Shown piece after piece: positions 10,140 to 19,590 of a DNA stretch of 64,000 nucleotides. The position numbers and the translations under genes were made by a program. This stretch comes from Reclinomonas americana ATCC 50394 (Eukaryota), in assembly GCA_048213135.1 (NCBI GenBank), contig PS015010.1, positions 1,736,001-1,800,000 of the forward strand. Reading direction: 5' to 3'. Each line of letters starts with the position of its first letter. Within the stretch, counting starts at the first letter, position 1. The notes under the pieces are model-generated. The model was not told the DNA's origin. It saw only the letters and a program-made list of their open reading frames with translations, and did not search any database.

Positions 10140-11873
10140 ATGCATATCTTCTGGAAATACCTGAAACCGTATAAATGGCTGGCACTCTTTTCCATGTTGC
10201 TGGCAGCGGTGGCGCAGGCGCTTAACTTTCTCGACCCGGTAATATTTGGCTGGATACTCGATCATTTCGCGCTGAACCCCGGCAGCAAAACGGAGAACGA
10301 ACTGGTGACGGGTGTGCTGTGGTTATTAGGGCTGGCTGTTGGCGTAGCCGTTGCCGCAAGACTGGCACGCACCTTCCAGGAATATGTGTTGCGGTTGGTA
10401 GTACAGCAATTTGGGAAGAATGTTTTTGATGACGGGTTGAAACAAACGCTCCGCCTCTCCTACCAGGAATTTGAAGAACAAAGAAGTGGCGAGACCTTAT
10501 CCATTTTGCAAAAGACAAGGCGGGATACAGAGAACTTCCTCAGTTCTTTTATCAATATCGTGTTCTCTACATTGGTGGGCATCAGTTTTCTCATTTATTA
10601 TGCCATTACCAGGCATTGGGCATTGATACCGGTTTTCCTGGTAGGGGTATTGTTACTGGGCGGACTTACCGGTTTGCTGAGCAAGAAAATAAAGACCATA
10701 CAAAAAAAGATCTTTCGTGAGAACGCGGTGATGTCAGGCAATATCACGGAATCGCTCCGCAATATAGAACTGGTTAAAAGCCTGGGCCTCACTTACCCTG
10801 AGATCAGGCGGCTGAAGGGTTTCACGCAGAACATATTCGACCTGGAGATGATGAAAGTGAGGAAAGTAAGAACACTCAGTTTTTTGCAGGGCATGACGCT
10901 GACCTTATTAAAGCAGTCCATACTTTTCATCTTACTTTGGCTGATATTCCGCAAAGTACTCACACCCGGCGAACTGATCTCCATGCAGATCATCATGAAC
11001 TATATTTTCGTTCCGCTACAGGACCTCGGCACCATCATACTCGCCTACCGCGAAGCAGAAGCCTCCCTCATCAACTTCGACCTGCTGATGAAAAAACCGG
11101 TAGAAACAAGACCCGAAGAACCGGTGGAATTGGGCGAAGTGGAAAAACTGGAATTCAGAAATGTAGTATTCCGGCATAAGACCGCACAACACAATGCTAT
11201 TGATGATATCTCTTTCAAAGTAACCACGGGCACTTCCATCGCTTTCGTGGGACCCAGTGGTTCGGGCAAGTCGACACTGATCAAACTGCTCGTAGGCTTG
11301 TACAGCCCGGTTAGCGGGAGTATTTGCTTTGACGACGTTTCCGTGAAAGAGATCCGTTACAATAAAATCAGGCGGCAGATCGGGTTTGTTACGCAGGATA
11401 CGCAATTGTTTGCCGGTACGGTTCGCCAGAATCTTTTATTCATCAAACCTTCAGCCACCGATGAGGAAATGATCGACTCCTTAAGAAAATCAGCATCCTA
11501 TAACCTGGTAAACAGTCCGCAGGGTCTCGACACGGTATTGGGTGAAGGCGGCACCAAATTATCCGGTGGCGAAAAACAACGCCTGTCTATCGCCCGTGCC
11601 CTGCTGCGCAACCCGCGTATCCTTATCTTTGATGAAGCCACAGCCTCACTCGATTCCCTCACCGAAGAATCCATAACCGACACCATCAACCATATCGCTT
11701 CTGAAAAGAACCGTATCATTATCACCATTGCTCACCGCCTGTCCACCATTATGAATGCAGACACGATTTATGTGCTCGAAAAAGGAAGGATCTCCGAAAC
11801 CGGCACACATGTGGAATTGCTGCGGCAGAAAGGATTGTATTATGCCTTGTGGAGACAGCAGGTGGGAGAATAA
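10140..11873 (+). CDS. ABC exporter, fused permease/ATP-binding protein
   Basis: N-terminal TM domain, GPSGSGKS Walker A, LSGGEKQR signature, ILIFDEAT, IAHRLST. Confidence 0.93.
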   Translation: MHIFWKYLKPYKWLALFSMLLAAVAQALNFLDPVIFGWILDHFALNPGSKTENELVTGVLWLLGLAVGVAVAARLARTFQEYVLRLVVQQFGKNVFDDGLKQTLRLSYQEFEEQRSGETLSILQKTRRDTENFLSSFINIVFSTLVGISFLIYYAITRHWALIPVFLVGVLLLGGLTGLLSKKIKTIQKKIFRENAVMSGNITESLRNIELVKSLGLTYPEIRRLKGFTQNIFDLEMMKVRKVRTLSFLQGMTLTLLKQSILFILLWLIFRKVLTPGELISMQIIMNYIFVPLQDLGTIILAYREAEASLINFDLLMKKPVETRPEEPVELGEVEKLEFRNVVFRHKTAQHNAIDDISFKVTTGTSIAFVGPSGSGKSTLIKLLVGLYSPVSGSICFDDVSVKEIRYNKIRRQIGFVTQDTQLFAGTVRQNLLFIKPSATDEEMIDSLRKSASYNLVNSPQGLDTVLGEGGTKLSGGEKQRLSIARALLRNPRILIFDEATASLDSLTEESITDTINHIASEKNRIIITIAHRLSTIMNADTIYVLEKGRISETGTHVELLRQKGLYYALWRQQVGE

Positions 11874-12000
11874 TAGGATACTTCCGGCCATCGCTTTACA
11901 GGTTGCAATACGGTGCTTAAGGTTACAGGTTCCTTTGTATGCTATACGGGGATTTTTTTTACTTAAATTGATCATCATTTCAAACTTAAATATCAGCGAT

Positions 12001-12420
12001 ATGGGTGCATGGGGATATGGACATTCTGAAAACGATGCAGCACTTGATTTCCTGGCTGACATCGAAGAATCGGGCAATCCGGAAAAGATGATGACAGATG
12101 CCCTTACCTCTGCCACAAAAGCCGCATACCAGCAATCTTACGAAGCCTGTACCGCCCTTGTTGCTGCAGTTTATGTTGATAAGCAGGTGAATGGAATACA
12201 ATACAGTCCGGGTGAAATAACGGCCCCCATGGAAGTAGAGGCTTTTAGTGCCAGGCATTCCGGCATTGATCTTTCCGACCTGCAGCCGGCCGCTGTTGAA
12301 GCCCTCCGGAACATTTTGTCCGGCCATTCCGAATCAAATGAACTCTGGGCCGAAAGCGGGGAAGATCACCAGTTGTGGCGGAATGAGTTGGAACAGCTGA
12401 TGAACCGGCTGATCAAATGA
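12001..12420 (+). CDS. DUF4259-like protein
   Basis: MGAWGYGHSENDAALDF N-terminus and SE-x-x-ELW C-terminal motif; start trimmed to 12001. Confidence 0.75.
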   Translation: MGAWGYGHSENDAALDFLADIEESGNPEKMMTDALTSATKAAYQQSYEACTALVAAVYVDKQVNGIQYSPGEITAPMEVEAFSARHSGIDLSDLQPAAVEALRNILSGHSESNELWAESGEDHQLWRNELEQLMNRLIK

Positions 12421-12461
12421 CCCAGGCAGGAGAACCTCCTCTCCTGCTTAGGCTGTCCATT

Positions 12462-12668
12462 CTAATCATCAACATATTCAAGAATATCTCCCGGCTGGCA
12501 GTTCAGTACTTTGCAGATAATTTCCAATGTGCTGAAACGTATAGCCTTCGCTTTTCCTGTTTTCAGGATGGAGAGATTCGACAAGGTCAAACCTACCTTT
12601 TCTGAAAGTTCATTAAGCGACATCTTACGCCTGGCCATCATTACATCTAAGTTTACTATTATAGCCAT
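12462..12668 (-). CDS. YozG-like Cro/CI HTH transcriptional regulator
   Basis: MAIIVNLDVMMARRKMSLNELSEKVGLTLSNLSILKTGKAKAIRFSTL...CQPGDILEY. Confidence 0.92.
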   Translation of the reverse strand: MAIIVNLDVMMARRKMSLNELSEKVGLTLSNLSILKTGKAKAIRFSTLEIICKVLNCQPGDILEYVDD

Positions 12669-12671
12669 GGC

Positions 12672-13223
12672 TTATACGGTTAAATCGTTTTCTGATTGTA
12701 ATTCGGTTCCTTTTTTAAACACCTGACCTATCACAAACAGCGTTACGGCCATGAACAACCACACATCGGCGCCGCCAATACGCATTAACTCAGCATCAGG
12801 CATCGCAATACCATTACTCTTTACCCACTGCGCATACTCGCTTCCCCAATGTGAGAACAGGCCGGCGCCAAGACAGAGAAATGCAATCGTGAACACCACG
12901 CCTGTTACATTGGGATCGAAGGGTTTGGCTATACTTACTTTTTTATTGTAAAATAATTTCAGGATCAGGTAAAAAATAAGGGCTTTCAAAACCGCGACAA
13001 TACACATCAGGATGGTCTGGGTAATGAAGTGCGCTTTTTCTGAAGTATACAGTTCTGAAAGATCAGCGCCATTCCAGAAATGCTTCGCGACGATCGGTTT
13101 ATACAACGCGTAAACCGTATTGAAAATAATACCGCCGGCTTCAATACATAAGCCGACAAAAATGATCCAGGACAAGATGAGCAATACCATCATGATTTGC
13201 TTTGTACCAATTTTGATTTCCAT
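12672..13223 (-). CDS. DUF2975 membrane protein
   Basis: Four TM segments, KPF motif, C-terminal VFKKGTELQSENDLTV; usual pairing with a YozG-type HTH. Confidence 0.88.
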   Translation of the reverse strand: MEIKIGTKQIMMVLLILSWIIFVGLCIEAGGIIFNTVYALYKPIVAKHFWNGADLSELYTSEKAHFITQTILMCIVAVLKALIFYLILKLFYNKKVSIAKPFDPNVTGVVFTIAFLCLGAGLFSHWGSEYAQWVKSNGIAMPDAELMRIGGADVWLFMAVTLFVIGQVFKKGTELQSENDLTV

Positions 13224-13245
13224 TGTTTTACTTTTAATGACAAGG

Positions 13246-13306
13246 CAAAAGTATAAATATTTATTGAAAAACAATAAAAATATAGAAATATTTGATAAAT
13301 ATTTCT
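13246..13306 (-). promoter_or_regulatory. Promoter and palindromic operators of the DUF2975-HTH operon
   Basis: TACTTTTG (minus, 13246-13253); palindromes TTTATTG-N5-CAATAAA (13260-13278) and AGAAATATTT-gat-AAATATTTCT (13284-13306). Confidence 0.6.
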
Positions 13307-13454
13307 TGTTACCACTTTCATTAAAAGCCCTGTTCCTTTCAGAAAAGCTTGTGAATGAAGAAATTATATTACGGATTCCAGAACAGATTTTTCTTATGAT
13401 TTTATTCTGAAAAAGTATCGGGGAGGTTGTGAGGAGTAATTACGATAACCACAC

Positions 13455-13484
13455 AAAAAAGCCGGTCATTATAACCGGCTTTTT
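13455..13484 (-). terminator. Intrinsic (bidirectional-type) terminator
   Basis: AAAAAAGCCGGT-N7-ACCGGCTTTTT. Confidence 0.85.
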
Positions 13485-13512
13485 ATCACAATTGGAATAT
13501 TACTGAAACCTT

Positions 13513-15804
13513 CTAGTTAACGATTACGGTTTTAACACCGCCTCCTGTTTTTCCATGAACCACAAATACAATTGAGCATCTGCATGTAAGCTCGTCAGGC
13601 TTACCTGTCATACATCCGTTCCGGTATGGATCCGTACAAACCACTTCATAAGTGGCACCATCATCCAAAGCAAACCTGGCGCCCACATTCGGCCCGGCCG
13701 GGCATGTACCATTCTCATTATAATCCGCCTCATGCGGGGAGGCGTTAATCGGGCCCCAAACATCACCCGGAATGTCAGTCCGCCGGGCAAAAATATGAAT
13801 ACGCCGGTGGATGTCAGAGCCTGGTATAAAACCTATACTACAGTTTTGTATTACGAATTCATCATACCCCACTACCGGGGGTGGAGGTACCGGCGAAACC
13901 TGGAAATTGATTGGACCTGATAACTGGCCATCCGGGTTAACCACGCGAACCGGTACTGTTTTAACGGTGGCAATATCCGGTTGCGGGATGACAGCCTTCA
14001 ACTCGGTACCGGAAATGAAAGTGGTAACGCGGTCAGCGGCATTCCATTGCACTTTGGCGCCGGTGATAAAATTGTGTCCTTTTACAGTAAGGGTGAAACC
14101 CGGCTCACCGGCAATAGCGGAAACAGGCGTAATGGAATCGATTACCGGTGCCCTGAAAATAACCGGTTCGCTCGGTTGGGTTTGAACAAAACTGCCACAA
14201 TGCAGTGTTTTTGCATAAATTTTCCAGCCGGCCTGCAATTTACCGAACCCGGAAAACACCATGTTCACATGCTCGGTACTGGCAAAAGGCGTTCTCCCCG
14301 ATTCAAGTAACTGGTTCTTTGTTTCTTCCCACAATTCAATCCTGGCACCTGCGGTCACTTGCAAAACGTGGATTTTGCTATCCCCGTCATACAAGGGGCC
14401 TTTTACCTGTCCCCGGACAACATCGTGCCGTTCCTTTACTGTTTTGGGTTCCGATTTTGCAACCTGGCCACATACATGGTGTTCGATCCATATCTCATCA
14501 CCTGCCAGAAAGCTGGGTGCCACGGAAATAGTCGGAGTATTGTGTCCCGCGGATACCCGGTTCAATTCACCGAATTTCCTGCTCATCACTTTCAGGATAC
14601 CGTTCAGGGGAAGTACATTTTCAACAAAGATGGCATCCTGGCAACTGAACAGTTCAATATTGATCTTAGGTTGCTGCGGGGGAACAGCCAGGGGTTTTGC
14701 CGTTTCCATATTCGACCATTCACTCCATATCTCACATTCCCCCTGCCGGATCTTCACCTGCGCACCCGGTGGCATCGGCGGTGCCGGCAAAGGTTCATTG
14801 AATTCTGTCGCGATTGTCCTGAACAGGGTCTCAACACCGTCCACTGTTACCAAAAATTCGAGATCAGCGCCGGTTTTCTGTCCCCAGACATAAATCGTGG
14901 AAACCGTATTGCATTCAATCAGGGCCAGAAATAATTTCGTCAGCTGCTGTGCCGGTCCAACATGCATTGTTTTCTTTTCAAATAGCAGTTCGCATCTCAT
15001 GCCTGCTTCCTGCCGGATGCTCACTTCTTCCCCTTCACGCAATTGAACAGGAAGCGATATCCAGCGCGATGTTTGATCGGATTCATTAAGCGAGGCCCAC
15101 CATGCGCCGCTGACAGCCTCCAAAAACACTTGAGCGCCGGGCACAATTCCCTCCACCTTCACGGCTCTTGAACAGGCGGTGAGACCTTCAGCGATTTTTG
15201 GCGCAGGCACGGTTTGCCCTCTTCTGTATGGAAAAAATAAGGTTTGCGGCAACTGCGAATCCACCTGGTATAAAGTCGCGGGAGGAGTTGTAGGCGGTTT
15301 TGGGCAAATCAATTGACGTACGACCAACGGGGTGCTGGTTACCGGCCCGGGCAATCCTCTCGGAATGCTGATAAAAGCTGTTCCGTCGGTGGCTTCGCCG
15401 GTCCCGATGACCAAGCCTCCCTGCAAAACCTGCAACTGGATACCCGGCCTGACTCCGCCAACAGAAAACCCGTGCGAACATTGGTATAAACGTGAAAGCA
15501 ACTGCGGATAGTTGAATTGCGCAACACTGTTTTGCACCTGCGGACCGTCGGTGGATTGCGGGCTCTCTGAACCTGGTGCCAATATCTGCACAGCATTGAC
15601 CAGGTCGCCGGCCTTAAGTTCTTCTGCCGGGTCGAGGGGAATTACATCCCTGAAACCCGTTACAACTTTTTTCCCGACCTGCCGGTCGGCGCCATTGCGC
15701 ATAACGATCAGGGTTACGGTAGCACCGATAAATACATTACTTACGATCACGGACCTGCTGCATTCAGACAGCGGCCCCATGACACGGGGAGGCAGAATGT
15801 TCAT
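13513..15804 (-). CDS. Uncharacterised 763-aa protein: six Cys-containing beta-rich repeats, an IPT/TIG-like domain and a Cys-rich C-terminus
   Basis: Long ORF with its own terminator; internal repeats; APVIDSITPVSAIAGEPGFTLTVKGHNF...VRVVNPDG is IPT/TIG-like. Confidence 0.75.
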   Translation of the reverse strand: MNILPPRVMGPLSECSRSVIVSNVFIGATVTLIVMRNGADRQVGKKVVTGFRDVIPLDPAEELKAGDLVNAVQILAPGSESPQSTDGPQVQNSVAQFNYPQLLSRLYQCSHGFSVGGVRPGIQLQVLQGGLVIGTGEATDGTAFISIPRGLPGPVTSTPLVVRQLICPKPPTTPPATLYQVDSQLPQTLFFPYRRGQTVPAPKIAEGLTACSRAVKVEGIVPGAQVFLEAVSGAWWASLNESDQTSRWISLPVQLREGEEVSIRQEAGMRCELLFEKKTMHVGPAQQLTKLFLALIECNTVSTIYVWGQKTGADLEFLVTVDGVETLFRTIATEFNEPLPAPPMPPGAQVKIRQGECEIWSEWSNMETAKPLAVPPQQPKINIELFSCQDAIFVENVLPLNGILKVMSRKFGELNRVSAGHNTPTISVAPSFLAGDEIWIEHHVCGQVAKSEPKTVKERHDVVRGQVKGPLYDGDSKIHVLQVTAGARIELWEETKNQLLESGRTPFASTEHVNMVFSGFGKLQAGWKIYAKTLHCGSFVQTQPSEPVIFRAPVIDSITPVSAIAGEPGFTLTVKGHNFITGAKVQWNAADRVTTFISGTELKAVIPQPDIATVKTVPVRVVNPDGQLSGPINFQVSPVPPPPVVGYDEFVIQNCSIGFIPGSDIHRRIHIFARRTDIPGDVWGPINASPHEADYNENGTCPAGPNVGARFALDDGATYEVVCTDPYRNGCMTGKPDELTCRCSIVFVVHGKTGGGVKTVIVN

Positions 15805-15959
15805 AGATTATTTTTTGCTGGTTATGACTCAGGTAGAGGGTTACGGATTGTAATGATATAGTTGCTCTGCCCGGGTAAATGTTACCTGCCGCTTTGTTTC
15901 CCGGAAGAATGCCTGGTTGGAATGGGATCTTGTGCTGTAACCGCAGCAGGGTTCGCCAA

Positions 15960-15992
15960 AATAAAAAAGCCCCGATCTTTCGATCGGGGCCT
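15960..15992 (-). terminator. Terminator after tRNA-Leu
   Basis: Minus strand GCCCCGATC-GAAA-GATCGGGGC-TTTTTT. Confidence 0.88.
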
Positions 15993-15994
15993 TG

Positions 15995-16078
15995 TGCCCA
16001 GAACTGGATTCGAACCAGCACACCCTTGCGAGCGCTGCGACCTGAACACAGTGCGTCTACCAATTTCGCCATCTGGGC
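15995..16078 (-). tRNA. tRNA-Leu (anticodon CAG)
   Basis: GCCCAGATGGCGAAATTGGTAGACGCA-CTGTG-TTCAGGT-CGCAG, long variable arm, GGTTCGAATCC, acceptor TCTGGGC-A; CCA not encoded; TATATTTG promoter at 16126-16133. Confidence 0.97.
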
Positions 16079-16194
16079 AGATCTGAAAATGTTTCCCAGG
16101 GGGTCACATTTTGTATTCAGGGCTGCAAATATACATCCACGGATTGAAACCAACAAAAAGAAGGCAAACTTTATCGCCCCTGCTGTAATAATTA

Positions 16195-17007
16195 TTACAC
16201 ACTTACATTAAAATCCCGCAGGGCGTCATTCAGGCTCGTCTTCAGATCGGTGCTGGGTTTACGCTGACCGATGATGAGTGCGCAGCCAACGCCATATTCT
16301 CCCGCCGGGAATTTTTTGGTGTAGGAACCAGGGATCACCACGCTGCGTGCAGGTACACGGCCTTTCATCTCCACGGGTTCGGCACCGCTCACGTCAATGA
16401 TTTTGGTACTTTGCGTCAGCACCACGTTGGCACCCAGTACGGCTTCCTTTTCTACGATCACACCTTCCACCACGATACAGCGGCTGCCGATAAAACAACC
16501 ATCTTCCACAATCACCGGGCTGGCCTGCAGCGGTTCCAGCACCCCGCCAATACCCACGCCGCCGCTCAGGTGTACGCCTTTGCCTATTTGTGCGCAACTG
16601 CCTACGGTAGCCCAGGTATCCACCATGGTGCCTTCATCCACGTAAGCGCCAATGTTCACATAACTCGGCATCAGCACCACGTTCTTCGCCAGGTAAGCGC
16701 CATAACGGGCCACCGCATGCGGCACCGCACGTACGCCCAACGAAGCGTAATCGCTTTTCAGTTTCATCTTATCATAAAACTCGAAAGGAGGCAGCGTAAA
16801 CGTCTCCATCTGTTGTATGCCAAAGTAGAGTAATATGGCCTGCTTCACCCATTCATTCACCTGCCATCCGCTCTCAGAAGGCGATGCGGTGCGCAACCTG
16901 CCCTTATCCACTTCCTCTATCACCGCCCTCACAGCATCGGAATAGGTTTTGTCTTTCAGTAACTCCCTGTTGCCCCAGGCTTCAGCTATCAGTTGTTGCA
17001 GTTCCAT
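16195..17007 (-). CDS. dapD: 2,3,4,5-tetrahydropyridine-2,6-dicarboxylate N-succinyltransferase
   Basis: WQVNEWVKQAILLYF, MPSYVNIGAYVDEGTMVDTWATVGSCAQIG, GGVLEPLQA. Confidence 0.96.
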   Translation of the reverse strand: MELQQLIAEAWGNRELLKDKTYSDAVRAVIEEVDKGRLRTASPSESGWQVNEWVKQAILLYFGIQQMETFTLPPFEFYDKMKLKSDYASLGVRAVPHAVARYGAYLAKNVVLMPSYVNIGAYVDEGTMVDTWATVGSCAQIGKGVHLSGGVGIGGVLEPLQASPVIVEDGCFIGSRCIVVEGVIVEKEAVLGANVVLTQSTKIIDVSGAEPVEMKGRVPARSVVIPGSYTKKFPAGEYGVGCALIIGQRKPSTDLKTSLNDALRDFNVSV

Positions 17008-17149
17008 ACGTTGAAATTTTTTGCAAACTTAATCAATAAAAGATTGATTTTTGTGCCGGGCGGTATCACGCTTCCCGGCTGCATTGGCGTCGCACTCTTG
17101 TACAGCGGCGCACCATTCAGCCATCAGCGACTGAACCGCATCAGCACAC

Positions 17150-18145
17150 ATGCAACAACCGCAACACATACTCATCAGGCTGCCCAACTGGCTGGGCGAT
17201 ATGGTCATGAGCACGGCCCTGGTGAAAGCCGTGGCTGCACAATACCCCGCTGCCCGTATTGATCTCATCGCCAAAAAAGGGATCGACTTCCTGCTGGATT
17301 ATTTTCCGCCGCATGGTGAGCGTTACATTTTTTCTAAGGAAACTTCCAAAGGATTAACCGGTACCTGGCGTTTTGGCAAAGCCATCCGGGCACAGCAGCA
17401 ATACGACCTGTTCATCTGCCTCCCCGATTCTTTTTCATCAGCGGTCATGGGTAAGGCCATCGGCGCCACCACCAGTATCGGTTACAAAAAAGAGTTGCGC
17501 TCCTTATTATTTACACATACCTACCACAAAAAGAAGCAGCTTCACCGTGTGGAGCAATATGTTGACCTGTTGCAGCAATATACAGGCAATGATGCCGGTC
17601 TGCCGGTTGTGGAACTGCATGCGGGAGACCTGCCCAAACAACAGCAGCTCATCATCAATATCAATTCCGAAGCGGAATCACGCCGCCTGCCGCTGACAAA
17701 AGCGGTGAGTATTATCAATACCATCCGCAGGCAAATAAGGGAAGAGATCATCCTGGTAGGCAGCCCAAAGGAAAAACCTTTCGTAGACGACGTATTCAGC
17801 CAGCTCAGTGATACCACGGGCATCCGCAATGTATCGGGCCATACCAGCCTGCCGGAACTGGTGCGTCTATTCGGTTCCGTTAGTACAGTACTTACTACCG
17901 ACAGTGGTCCGGCCCACGTCGCCAATGCCCTGGGTGCCCACACCATCGTACTTTTTGGCGCGGGTAACGAAAAGAACACAGCGCCCTACAATGACGGTAA
18001 CCGGCAGATCATCCGCCTGGGACAACTTCCCTGCGAACCCTGTGTAAGCAATACCTGTAAAATATACGGCACCCCCGAATGCCTGCTGCGGCTGGATGAA
18101 CAATACATCGCCGGTTTTGTTAAACAAGCTTTACAACGATCATGA
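17150..18145 (+). CDS. Glycosyltransferase family 9 (WaaF-like LPS core transferase)
   Basis: ILIRLPNWLGDMVM, TTDSGPAHVA, C-terminal CEPC-x4-C...C. Confidence 0.88.
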   Translation: MQQPQHILIRLPNWLGDMVMSTALVKAVAAQYPAARIDLIAKKGIDFLLDYFPPHGERYIFSKETSKGLTGTWRFGKAIRAQQQYDLFICLPDSFSSAVMGKAIGATTSIGYKKELRSLLFTHTYHKKKQLHRVEQYVDLLQQYTGNDAGLPVVELHAGDLPKQQQLIININSEAESRRLPLTKAVSIINTIRRQIREEIILVGSPKEKPFVDDVFSQLSDTTGIRNVSGHTSLPELVRLFGSVSTVLTTDSGPAHVANALGAHTIVLFGAGNEKNTAPYNDGNRQIIRLGQLPCEPCVSNTCKIYGTPECLLRLDEQYIAGFVKQALQRS

Positions 18146-18714
18146 ATAATTTTGAGAACGATATTACGGCCGCCATCGCGGTACTCAGGTCGGGCGGCAT
18201 CATCCTCTACCCTACCGACACCATCTGGGGCATAGGCTGCGACGCGACTAACGAGGAAGCCGTTGCCAAAATTTACCGGCTCAAACAAAGGGCGGATGAA
18301 AAAAGTATGATCATCCTGCTGGCGGAAGAAAGAGACATCATTCAATACGTGGCACAGCCCGACCTGGCGGTATTTGACTACCTCGATACGGTAACCAAAC
18401 CCACTACGGTTATTTATGAAGGCGCCATTGGCCTGGCGGATAACCTGGTGAATGCCGACGGCAGTATTGCCATTCGCATTCCGAAAGATGAATTTTGCAC
18501 ACACCTCATCAAACGCTTCCGGGGCCCGGTGGTATCTACCTCGGCCAACATTTCTGGGCAGCCTTCGCCCACTTCTTTCAGTACGATAAGTGATGAAATA
18601 AAAAACGGTGTTGACTATATTGTTCAACACCGTCAGGATGATGAAAGCGCTGCCATGCCCTCATCAATTATAAAATGGAACGCAGACGGCTCTCTCACTG
18701 TACTGCGGCCCTGA
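18142..18714 (+). CDS. tsaC: L-threonylcarbamoyladenylate synthase (Sua5/YrdC)
   Basis: YPTDTIWGIGCDA, K-x-R, IAIRIP, STSANISG; ATGA overlap with the GT9 stop. Confidence 0.92.
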   Translation: MNNFENDITAAIAVLRSGGIILYPTDTIWGIGCDATNEEAVAKIYRLKQRADEKSMIILLAEERDIIQYVAQPDLAVFDYLDTVTKPTTVIYEGAIGLADNLVNADGSIAIRIPKDEFCTHLIKRFRGPVVSTSANISGQPSPTSFSTISDEIKNGVDYIVQHRQDDESAAMPSSIIKWNADGSLTVLRP

Positions 18715-18716
18715 TC

Positions 18717-18840
18717 AATTACGAATTACTAATTACGAATTTTATCCTGAGCGAAGGGAAGGATTTCTATAGAGCGCAGCGAAGCATCTTTCTTCATCCC
18801 CGCATTCGCATATCCGCACATTCACAAATTCGCAAATTAC
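18717..18840. repeat. Composite intergenic repeats: heptamer array, degenerate REP-like fragment, octamer array
   Basis: AATTACG AATTACT AATTACG (18717-18741); ATCCTGAGCGAAG...GCGAAGCATCT (18744-18789); TTCGCATA TCCGCACA TTCACAAA TTCGCAAA (18805-18836). Confidence 0.75.
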
Positions 18841-19419
18841 TTAAAGACTTAACCCTATACCCAGCTGAATACTCTGGTTCTTCCATTTTTCCTGGTTGTC
18901 GATGTCGTTAAGATTATTCAGGCCTACTATATATCGTCCGTAAATATGGAGGTGCGAGAAGTTCAACTGTGCGCCGCCCACCATACTGAAGTCGCCGCTC
19001 TTGAAGGCGTCGCGGCCATTTTCAACCAGGGTCTTGCTTTTATTAATGAGTACGCCAAACTGCGGACCAACCTGCAGCGACAGGTATTTCACCGGTTTGA
19101 TATTAAGCAGGATGGGCATACTGATGTACTTCAGGTCTACCTTACCCACTTTATTAAACTGGTAAATATCACTGAAATGACTGGAGGTGTCTACGTTTAC
19201 CTGGTTGAATAACACTTCGGGCTGAATGGAGAACAGCTTGGTGAGCTTTACATCAACAAAACCACCAAGATGGTATCCCCAGGAGAACTCATCTTTAAAA
19301 GATTTACCGCTGAGCTTATTAACGGAAGCCCCGCCTTTGATACCGACTTTAATACGTTGAGCGAATGCAGAGGTGGTGAGGATGCTGCAAAGAGCCATTA
19401 CCAGGATTTTCGTCTTCAT
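18841..19419 (-). CDS. Small outer-membrane beta-barrel (porin family) protein
   Basis: Signal peptide, GIKGG, SIQPEVLF, YISMPIL, GPQFGVL, RYIVGL; start at ATG 19419. Confidence 0.85.
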   Translation of the reverse strand: MKTKILVMALCSILTTSAFAQRIKVGIKGGASVNKLSGKSFKDEFSWGYHLGGFVDVKLTKLFSIQPEVLFNQVNVDTSSHFSDIYQFNKVGKVDLKYISMPILLNIKPVKYLSLQVGPQFGVLINKSKTLVENGRDAFKSGDFSMVGGAQLNFSHLHIYGRYIVGLNNLNDIDNQEKWKNQSIQLGIGLSL

Positions 19420-19590
19420 AAATAAATGTTTTGTTTGCGCAAATGGCGCAAGTAATATGCCAGTGAAAGTTAAAGGTTTAGAAAGAATTGTTAATTGAAT
19501 GGCAAATATGGAAATATGCAAATATGAAAATGAAAAACTCACCATCCAGGCAGAAGAATTATCCGGCGTCTTGTATCCGGCACTTTGTAT

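Noticed and set aside
3300-15990. Integrative element or prophage at tRNA-Leu
   Set aside because: The region is accessory-looking, but I found no integrase, phage gene or duplicated tRNA 3' end by eye
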